Shown piece after piece: positions 1 to 6,310 of a stretch of DNA of 19,119 nucleotides (the first letter of the stretch is position 1; each line of letters begins with the position of its first letter). The translations under genes and the position numbers were made by a program. The DNA comes from a virus. Lineage: Duplodnaviria > Heunggongvirae > Uroviricota > Caudoviricetes. Where the stretch lies: the IMG/VR virus record IMGVR_UViG_3300022701_000176. The stretch is one strand, 5' to 3'. The notes below the pieces were generated by a model that was not told where the DNA came from, did no database searches, and saw only the letters and a program-made list of their open reading frames with translations.

Positions 1-37
1 AACCATGTACATGATAATCTCTATACTCTTTATCCAT
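1..37 (-). CDS. 5' end of a divergent gene running off the left edge (MDKEYRDYHVHG...), unknown function
   Basis: ATG at 37-35 on the - strand, SD-like AAAGGA at 50-45 with a 7-nt spacer, frame open to position 1. Only 12 codons are visible. Confidence 0.5.
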   Translation of the reverse strand, partial: MDKEYRDYHVHG

Positions 38-135
38 AATAATTTCCTTTCTAAATTTTAAAAAATTGAAAATAAATCTTCTAAGTTATTGTAAATACTT
101 GATATAATAGTATATTATATAATTCTATAAGTTTA

Positions 136-149
136 GGACAAACTATAAA
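136..149 (+). promoter_or_regulatory. Candidate phage late promoter, copy 1 (GGACAAACTATAAA)
   Basis: One of five intergenic copies of GGACAWAYTNTAAA; upstream of the sheath gene. Confidence 0.65.
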
Positions 150-222
150 TTATTTTACTAATAAATTTATCCATCATATTTTAATAATATTACACATGAT
201 AAACTTTATGGAGGTTTGACAA

Positions 223-1935
223 ATGGCCCAACATCCGTCACCTGGAGTATATTCTAAAATAATTGATTTGAGCGACTATGTTCAAACGTACCCTTCTACA
301 GTCGGGTTTATTCCGATCATATGCGAACAAGGAGAAGATAATAAATTAATAGACACAAACAGCAGAGATTTTTATATCGATTTTGGTGAACCGAATATCA
401 ACTATGCAACTAAGGTGTTTGGACAAGGACCATATGTGGCAAGTGCATTTTTCAGAGAAAGTGATTCTCTGAAAATTATACGATGTCTTCCTTCTGACGC
501 TGCATTTTCCAATCTTGTAATAACAGCAGAACCAACTGCAAGTGTTGGTGCAGATACAACATCGGATATTGCAACTACATCACTATCTGCACAAAATACT
601 ACAAATGAAATGGACACTTCTTTAGAAACAAATGAGAATGTTGTTATATTCTATGGCGTAGGAAGAGGGGAATATTACAATAATTTCAAAATTTCAATTA
701 CAAAACATGCTAACCCTCAACTATCTGATGCCCAATATGTTGGATCTAATGATTTCGTATATGTTCTGGATATATATAAGAAACAAACTGAGAAAGATGA
801 ATCTGGAGCAGATCAATATGAAATAATTTCATCTTTCGATGTATCATTTAATCTTAATGCCGTTGACACATCTGGTGAATCTTTATGGATCGAAGATGTA
901 TTAAATAGATACAGTAGATATATCAAATGTATCGCTGATTCTACTAAATGTCTCACTGCAATTGAAAATGATGCTGATTTTTCACAACCATTTACATCAG
1001 CAGTTGCTTTAACAAATGGAACAAGTGGAACACTATTTGATACCGACAATGTTATCAATTCCACAGTAGCGACTCAAATACTTACTAAAGCATATAATGG
1101 TACTCTCGAAAAGAAATCGGTGGATGATCAGAGTAGCACATTATATGTTGATGAAGTATTAGATACAGATAATCAGCATTTTACAGTTGTGTTTGATGGT
1201 GGTTATCCAACAAGTGTTAAGACAAGTGGAATTTATACACTCGTTCAATCACGAAAAGATTGTATCGCATTTATTGATAATGGCGATACTGTCTCTACTG
1301 ATAGAGCAGTAAATAATCGTGATAATAATCATACATTTAATACCAAGTATATGGCATTGTATGAACCATATTCAAAAGTGTATGATGCATTTACTGGAAA
1401 AGACTTATGGTTAACTCCAGTTTATCATATGGCTGCTATTGTTCCATTTACCGATAATATTGGTCAAATTTGGGATGCTCCTGCTGGATTTAACAGAGCA
1501 ACAATTGCTAATATCAAAGAACTCCGGTATAGTCCGAATCAAACCCAACGCGATACACTCTATCTCAAACAGATCAATCCAATTGTAAAATTCAATGTTG
1601 GATTAACTGTATTCTCACAACTTACAACCCAAAAACGACCAACAGCACTTCAAGATATTAATGTTGTTCGTCTCTTACTTTATATTCAAAAAGCACTTTC
1701 TCAGTATTGTAAATTCTACATTTTTGAACTCAATGACTCTGTAACATGGGATGCTATTTCAGAAGACGTTACTAAATTTCTGAAAGTCATTCAGAATAAA
1801 CGAGGACTATATAGTTTCTCTGTAGATGTCGGTGCTAATGAATATGAAATCAAAGCAAAACGAATTCATGTAAATATAACTCTTGAACCTACGAAAGTTG
1901 TTGAGCAAATTCATCTCAACTACTTCATTAAGTAA
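223..1935 (+). CDS. Contractile tail sheath protein (T4 gp18-like)
   Basis: N-terminal SPGVYSKIID motif and sheath C-terminal domain (WDAPAGFNRA, QINPI, ALQDINVVRLL, FELND..TW, IHVNITLEPTKVVEQIHLNY). SD GGAGG at 210-214. Tube gene follows. Confidence 0.93.
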   Translation: MAQHPSPGVYSKIIDLSDYVQTYPSTVGFIPIICEQGEDNKLIDTNSRDFYIDFGEPNINYATKVFGQGPYVASAFFRESDSLKIIRCLPSDAAFSNLVITAEPTASVGADTTSDIATTSLSAQNTTNEMDTSLETNENVVIFYGVGRGEYYNNFKISITKHANPQLSDAQYVGSNDFVYVLDIYKKQTEKDESGADQYEIISSFDVSFNLNAVDTSGESLWIEDVLNRYSRYIKCIADSTKCLTAIENDADFSQPFTSAVALTNGTSGTLFDTDNVINSTVATQILTKAYNGTLEKKSVDDQSSTLYVDEVLDTDNQHFTVVFDGGYPTSVKTSGIYTLVQSRKDCIAFIDNGDTVSTDRAVNNRDNNHTFNTKYMALYEPYSKVYDAFTGKDLWLTPVYHMAAIVPFTDNIGQIWDAPAGFNRATIANIKELRYSPNQTQRDTLYLKQINPIVKFNVGLTVFSQLTTQKRPTALQDINVVRLLLYIQKALSQYCKFYIFELNDSVTWDAISEDVTKFLKVIQNKRGLYSFSVDVGANEYEIKAKRIHVNITLEPTKVVEQIHLNYFIK

Positions 1936-1986
1936 AGCATCTTTGAGATCATAATAATTGCCCCTCATTTTTTGATCTCTCTCCAT

Positions 1987-2016
1987 AGGCTGGATCTTTT
2001 CATAGGTCCAGCCTTT
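1987..2016 (+). terminator. Probable intrinsic terminator after the sheath gene
   Basis: 11-bp stem AGGCTGGATCT (1987-1997) / AGGTCCAGCCT (2004-2014) with one G-U pair, 6-nt loop, short T tract. Confidence 0.55.
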
Positions 2017-2092
2017 AATTAGTCATTATAGCCCAATCTATTTCAAATTAGATATAAACTATTTTAATTTTTCCATTTTATTAGGTATGAAA

Positions 2093-2106
2093 GGACATAC
2101 TGTAAA
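2093..2106 (+). promoter_or_regulatory. Candidate late promoter, copy 2 (GGACATACTGTAAA)
   Basis: Motif copy with one variant position, about 40 nt upstream of the probable tube start. Confidence 0.55.
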
Positions 2107-2145
2107 TCAGAAATGGAAACCATATATATTACAAGGAGAAAACTT

Positions 2146-2889
2146 ATGTCTGCAAATAGTTTTGCACCCATTAACAATAACCGATTTTCACGAAGATGGG
2201 GTGCATCCGGTGGTGATGCAGTTGATCCATATGTAAACGGTTATATGTTTGTTCACTTTGCTGGTCTTCCGTCAAAGTTATCTGAAAATATAACTTTGGC
2301 TGGTGGAAATCATCAATTAAGTCAAAGTGAAATCACGCAAGCTCTTCATGCAACATGTCTTGCCGTAACAATGCCGGGTGGCACAATGAATCGGGCAGAA
2401 TTTCAAGGACTTGGTGGTGTCAAGTGGGCAGTTCCGACAAATGCTGATTATGACAACACAGTTACTTTGAAATTCTTAGAATTTTCTACACTCCCACTAT
2501 ATGCAATTATTCATGGGTGGTTCAGAATGATTCGTGATTATCGGGCTGGTGTTTCGAACTTAGTTGGTGGAGAAGGCGAATATACAAGAAGTAATTATTC
2601 TGCTACCATGTATTACTGGACAACCAAACCAGATGGTAAGCTTGTCGAATATTACGCTTGTTTAACAGGTCTTTATCCACTCAAAGATCCCGCTGATCTC
2701 TATGGAGCAGATCTCACCACATATGATAAACTCGAAATGGATATTGATTTCAATGTTGACTATGTGTGGCATGAAGATTGGGTAAGAACAAAATGTCAAG
2801 ACTTGTCTGATCAACAAGTTCATAGTGATCTTGCAACTGTGGAGGCTTATAGAGATGAATCTGGTTCCGGTCAAGGTGGGGGTCAGTAA
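2146..2889 (+). CDS. Tail tube protein (T4 gp19-like fold)
   Basis: Directly after the sheath gene, with tube-like pattern (AVTMPGGT, VPTNADYDNTVTLKFLE, WFRMIRDYRAG, YYACLTGLYP, MDIDFNVD). Start moved from 2113 to ATG 2146 because AAGGAG lies at 2133-2138. Confidence 0.8.
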   Translation: MSANSFAPINNNRFSRRWGASGGDAVDPYVNGYMFVHFAGLPSKLSENITLAGGNHQLSQSEITQALHATCLAVTMPGGTMNRAEFQGLGGVKWAVPTNADYDNTVTLKFLEFSTLPLYAIIHGWFRMIRDYRAGVSNLVGGEGEYTRSNYSATMYYWTTKPDGKLVEYYACLTGLYPLKDPADLYGADLTTYDKLEMDIDFNVDYVWHEDWVRTKCQDLSDQQVHSDLATVEAYRDESGSGQGGGQ

Positions 2890-2977
2890 TTAATCTCTAT
2901 TTTTTAAATAAAAACAAAATTTAATCCAACTTGTCGTATGTCGTTTATTCTAAGCCTCAGTATCCTTCCCTATCTCT

Positions 2978-3014
2978 ATCGCAGTCACATTTATTAATGT
3001 GACTGCGATTTTCT
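2978..3014 (+). terminator. Intrinsic terminator between the tube gene and the convergent NTase gene
   Basis: Perfect 14-bp stem ATCGCAGTCACATT (2978-2991) / AATGTGACTGCGAT (2996-3009), 4-nt loop, followed by TTTCT. Confidence 0.75.
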
Positions 3015-3021
3015 GGTTTAA

Positions 3022-3390
3022 TTAATACTCTGTACATAATCGACAAATTGTTTCCAATTTGTCGATATCTTTTTCTTCGTTTTTAAACTGTAAAAACGTT
3101 ATAGACGAATATGCATCAAAACATCTTATTCCATCTACAACAATTGTCATATTAAGATGAATCAAATCATCATATGAATAATTTAATATTTTAACTCGAT
3201 CATTCATATCTATGATTTCATCTTTTATTGTTATTTCATTCTTATTATAATCATTAAAAATAATATCAATATCATTACATTCATCTAATAATCGGATCAT
3301 CACAAGCGCACCTGAGCCAAACAGGATAAATTCGTTTCCATACAGATTCTTAATTTCATTAAGTACTTCAACCAATTTCTCTCTATCCAT
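3022..3390 (-). CDS. Small nucleotidyltransferase-fold protein (DNA pol beta superfamily, minimal type)
   Basis: Signature hG[GS]x9-13Dh[DE]h present as ILFGSGALVMIRLLDECNDIDII. C-terminal EKDIDKL. SD AGGAG at 3402-3398. Confidence 0.65.
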   Translation of the reverse strand: MDREKLVEVLNEIKNLYGNEFILFGSGALVMIRLLDECNDIDIIFNDYNKNEITIKDEIIDMNDRVKILNYSYDDLIHLNMTIVVDGIRCFDAYSSITFLQFKNEEKDIDKLETICRLCTEY

Positions 3391-3412
3391 AATAAATCTC
3401 CTATATAAATAA

Positions 3413-3440
3413 TTAATGGTTTATACAATTTAATATATAT
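3413..3440 (-). promoter_or_regulatory. Candidate non-late promoter/operator (ATATATATTAAATTGTATAAACCATTAA on the - strand)
   Basis: Closely similar to the - strand motif at 5994-5970 and at nearly the same distance from the start codon. Confidence 0.4.
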
Positions 3441-3474
3441 GATGAATTTGATTTTTATATTGATATTGTAATTC

Positions 3475-3488
3475 GGACAAACTCTAAA
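3475..3488 (+). promoter_or_regulatory. Candidate late promoter, copy 3 (GGACAAACTCTAAA)
   Basis: Motif copy upstream of the gp26-like gene. Confidence 0.65.
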
Positions 3489-3534
3489 ATGATTTTTGGG
3501 GCAATTTTAATAATATAGAATAATAGGAGAGAGT

Positions 3535-4659
3535 ATGTCTGTATTTAAAGGTTTTAATATTAAGTATCCAGAGTACACCGTTATATGTCCTCACACTGGA
3601 AACCAATTCAATGTTCGTTCTATGACTGTAAGCGAAACAGGAAAATTAAGAACAAGTTTATCAACTGAAGTTGCTTCTGCAAAATTGATAAACAAAATGA
3701 TTTGGGAAGCAACCAGTGAAAAACCAGATCATATTAAAACATATGATGATTTTAAAAAGAATGTAACATTAAAAGATAGAGAAGCGCTTATATACGGTAT
3801 CTATCAATCATCATTCGGAGACAAAGTAGATTATAATGTAACATGTGTTAAATGTGGGAATGTAGATTCAATAAAATTAATTCTTTCAAATGCATTTAAA
3901 ATGAATGCATATCCATTATCAGATGCAGTAATTGAATCATATAAACTTGCAAAAGTAGCTAATGATGCAGAACCAGATGCAGAAATAGAAGAAGAAATAA
4001 AAAGAAGAATTAAAAAAGTAGCTAATGATGCAGAACCAGATGCAGAAATAGAGGAAGAAATAAAAAGAAGAATTAAAAAAGAAGCTATGGCAAGTATCGA
4101 TAAACAAAAAGACATATCTCAGCCAGATGATGATATGTTTGAACAACAAATGAAAAAGAAGAAACGTCTTGATGAAATTGATAAAAATATCAAGGAAGAT
4201 CAAGAACAAAAAGATGCATCTGACGAAGTGGAAGAAGAAAATAAGGAAGAAACAATATTAACAAAAGTTGTAGAAATTAAACTTCCAATATCCAAAATAC
4301 ATGCATTCATTAAACAACCAACTATTTTTGATGAAGAAGATGCAATTGATAATGTTCCATATGCAAAAGGGAGTCAACTTGAATTACTAAATGATGCTAT
4401 ATTTATTGATAGATTTGAAGTATATAGCCCAAAACAAAATAAACCAATTCAAGTGGTTGATCGTATAGATGATATTCTGTATGGTTATCAATCTCTACCA
4501 CCTATGGATAAAATAGAATTAAATAAAGCAATTTATGAAAATTTTACTAAATATGGTATTGAATTATCATTTAATAAAAACTGTTCAGCTTGTGGAAAGG
4601 AAAATTCATTCGGGTTAGATCTCTTTTACCAATTTCTTCGTATGGTTAACCAAATATAA
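3535..4659 (+). CDS. Baseplate hub / tail assembly chaperone (T4 gp26/gp51-like) with charged central insertion
   Basis: N-terminus YPEYTVICPHTGNQFNVRSMTVSE resembles gp26-type proteins. Two CxxC pairs (CVKC, CSAC). SD AGGAG at 3525-3529. Located between tube and gp25-like genes. Confidence 0.7.
   Translation: MSVFKGFNIKYPEYTVICPHTGNQFNVRSMTVSETGKLRTSLSTEVASAKLINKMIWEATSEKPDHIKTYDDFKKNVTLKDREALIYGIYQSSFGDKVDYNVTCVKCGNVDSIKLILSNAFKMNAYPLSDAVIESYKLAKVANDAEPDAEIEEEIKRRIKKVANDAEPDAEIEEEIKRRIKKEAMASIDKQKDISQPDDDMFEQQMKKKKRLDEIDKNIKEDQEQKDASDEVEEENKEETILTKVVEIKLPISKIHAFIKQPTIFDEEDAIDNVPYAKGSQLELLNDAIFIDRFEVYSPKQNKPIQVVDRIDDILYGYQSLPPMDKIELNKAIYENFTKYGIELSFNKNCSACGKENSFGLDLFYQFLRMVNQI
3951..4081 (+). 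repeat. In-frame 63-bp tandem duplication (KVANDAEPDAEIEEEIKRRIK x2)
   Basis: Copies start at 3951 and 4014. The only difference is synonymous GAA/GAG at 3990/4053. Confidence 0.95.
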
Positions 4660-4873
4660 AATAGTTGAATCGTTTAAGAAATCATACGAAGAAAATATAA
4701 ATTCAATGATGGAACTAACGGGTCAACCGTGGGAATCCATCATGATGATGCCATATAATTTTTTCATTAGTTCATTAAAGTGGAAGATAAAACTTGAAGA
4801 TGAGAAAAGGAAAAAATTAGAAGAAAAAAGTACAAAATCTTCACATAAAAATAAAAAGCTAAGATTTAAATAA
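4619..4873 (+). CDS. Unannotated small ORF in the +1 frame: gpT/gp51-like chaperone extension, probably frameshift-fused to the upstream gene (own ATGs at 4706/4709 would give 55 aa)
   Basis: Frame open from 4619 to TAA 4871-4873: ...VWLTKYKIVESFKKSYEENINSMMELTGQPWESIMMMPYNFFISSLKWKIKLEDEKRKKLEEK... It fills the gap before the terminator. No clear SD before 4706. Confidence 0.7.
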   Translation: MSFTNFFVWLTKYKIVESFKKSYEENINSMMELTGQPWESIMMMPYNFFISSLKWKIKLEDEKRKKLEEKSTKSSHKNKKLRFK

Positions 4874-4874
4874 G

Positions 4875-4914
4875 ATGCTACACAATAGTTGATATACTAT
4901 TGTGTAGTATTTTA
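4875..4914 (+). terminator. Intrinsic terminator after the gp26-like / small ORF unit
   Basis: 15-bp stem ATGCTACACAATAGT (4875-4889) / ACTATTGTGTAGTAT (4896-4910) with one G-U pair, then a T tract. It begins 2 nt after the small-ORF stop. Confidence 0.75.
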
Positions 4915-4929
4915 TGTATATATTTAAGC

Positions 4930-4943
4930 GGACAAACTTTAAA
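4930..4943 (+). promoter_or_regulatory. Candidate late promoter, copy 4 (GGACAAACTTTAAA)
   Basis: Motif copy just after a terminator and before the SD (GGAG 4953-4956) of the gp25-like gene. Confidence 0.65.
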
Positions 4944-4966
4944 CGAAAAAATGGAGACTTAATATT

Positions 4967-5398
4967 ATGGCAATAGCATCGGGCGTAGAAGAATTTATAA
5001 GAACAATACCAGGACAAAGAACAACAATTAAAGATGTAGATTCTATAATTGATTTCTCTGGTGATTTTAGAAAGCTATATGATATTGATGTAATAATAAA
5101 AAGTATAACCAATCTATTTCTTATATCAAAAGAAACTTACTTCATGGACCCGAATGTCGGAACTAATTTATATAGATATATTTTTGAACCAGCAGATATT
5201 GCCACTAAATCTCAATTAGAACAGGAGATATCTGTTGCATTATCTGCATATATGTATAACGATGTTGATATAGAATATGATATTGTATTCTTTAATAACA
5301 AGAAGGGATTCAAGATAAATTTTGAGATATCATATAAAGGAAAGAAAAAAACAAGATCAGTAACTATAAACGAACAGTTACTTACTACTATACAATAA
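4967..5398 (+). CDS. Baseplate wedge protein (T4 gp25 / GPW-like)
   Basis: DIDVIIKSITNLFLISKETYFMDPNVGTNLYRYIFEP follows the gp25 pattern. Size 143 aa and context fit. Confidence 0.8.
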   Translation: MAIASGVEEFIRTIPGQRTTIKDVDSIIDFSGDFRKLYDIDVIIKSITNLFLISKETYFMDPNVGTNLYRYIFEPADIATKSQLEQEISVALSAYMYNDVDIEYDIVFFNNKKGFKINFEISYKGKKKTRSVTINEQLLTTIQ

Positions 5399-5403
5399 TT
5401 TAC

Positions 5404-5464
5404 AAAAAATATTAATCGGCACGTTTCGTGATCGATTATGGCGGGATGCCGATTAATATTTTTT
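5404..5464. terminator. Bidirectional terminator-like hairpin between convergent genes
   Basis: 18-bp inverted repeat AAAAAATATTAATCGGCA (5404-5421) / TGCCGATTAATATTTTTT (5447-5464), 25-nt loop, A and T tracts on both flanks. Confidence 0.7.
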
Positions 5465-5465
5465 T

Positions 5466-5506
5466 GTGTGGAGACTGTTAGTTACTCATCGTAACAGTCT
5501 CCACAC
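5466..5506. repeat. 15-bp inverted repeat spanning the stop codon of the Zn-ribbon gene
   Basis: GTGTGGAGACTGTTA (5466-5480) / TAACAGTCTCCACAC (5492-5506), 11-nt spacer. Confidence 0.9.
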
Positions 5507-5946
5507 ACTCCATCGAAGATATTATTGCGGGCTGCCCCGCAATTGGGGCAGGGGAATCTTGTTTTCCCCCACCTTTTCTCCCATGGAGTCCCTTCATTCT
5601 CGACGATCTCTCTACCATCGAGAATGAGATCTCTAATCTTATTTAGAGTCTCAGTTGATGCGATAGGACCAAGCGGCCCTTCGCACCACGGAGAGTTAGC
5701 TATAATCACTAACATCTCCGAATCCGTATATCTCTGGAATATACGGATGTATGTTTCGTTGCCGACATCGCCGTTTTCACTTACGGCGACAACCGGCCCT
5801 ACGGTTACAAACATGCGCCCTGCGGCATCATGTCCGTATCCGACGACCGGATTTAAAAAATCGTCTAAATATTCAGTTGGCCCAATAACTTCGGGCCGGA
5901 TTTCAGACAGTCCCAGCGACTTAACAAATTTCAAAATAGCTTGCAT
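5482..5946 (-). CDS. Hypothetical protein with C-terminal Zn ribbon (CPNC-x11-CGDC)
   Basis: SD AAAGGAG at 5960-5954, four-Cys motif, GC about 48% by manual count of seven 60-nt lines versus an AT-rich background. Confidence 0.75.
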   Translation of the reverse strand: MQAILKFVKSLGLSEIRPEVIGPTEYLDDFLNPVVGYGHDAAGRMFVTVGPVVAVSENGDVGNETYIRIFQRYTDSEMLVIIANSPWCEGPLGPIASTETLNKIRDLILDGREIVENEGTPWEKRWGKTRFPCPNCGAARNNIFDGVCGDCYDE

Positions 5947-5969
5947 GATTCATCTCCTTTGTTAAATGG

Positions 5970-5994
5970 TTAATGGTTATCTATTAATATATAT
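5970..5994 (-). promoter_or_regulatory. Candidate non-late promoter/operator (ATATATATTAATAGATAACCATTAA on the - strand)
   Basis: Counterpart of the 3440-3413 motif. Confidence 0.4.
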
Positions 5995-6000
5995 ATATAA

Positions 6001-6241
6001 TCAACTATCACGATTATTAACCATATTTTTATATTTATAATGACATAAATAAAAGAATATGATTTGAAAAATAATATAGTAAACGATACAATGATCAGTA
6101 TATATTGTAACCGCTTCCAATGGATTAGAAGATATCAAATATATATGATTATATTTTAATTTTAATGTTATATTACCATTAACGAATGATATTATAATTA
6201 TAACAAAACCAAATTGTGAAATCCAAAGTAGATTCTTTCAT
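6001..6241 (-). pseudogene. Possible frameshifted small two-TM membrane protein gene
   Basis: ATG 6241 gives only 20 aa. Removing one A from ATGAAAGAAT joins it to a 78-codon stop-free hydrophobic frame (6237-6001). GGGGG lies at 6257-6253. Could be chance in AT-rich DNA. Confidence 0.2.
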
Positions 6242-6310
6242 AATAATAAAAACCCCCAAAAGAAGAAAATTAAAAAAGGAATATTATATAATTTAATATA
6301 TATAAATATC

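Noticed and set aside
2113-2145. Track start for the tube gene at 2113
   Set aside because: AAGGAG at 2133-2138 fits ATG 2146, and 2113 lies only 6 nt after the promoter motif, leaving no room for an SD.
3951-4081. CRISPR array or DGR repeat
   Set aside because: Two adjacent in-frame copies with no spacers, no cas or reverse transcriptase gene, and a single synonymous difference.
5525-5965. + strand 146-aa ORF
   Set aside because: Antisense shadow of the Zn-ribbon gene, which has the SD and a coherent motif.
6080-6310. TGA readthrough extending the kinase N-terminus
   Set aside because: Even reading TGA at 6146 and 6092 as sense, the frame meets TAA at 6080 without an ATG, and no other gene needs recoding.
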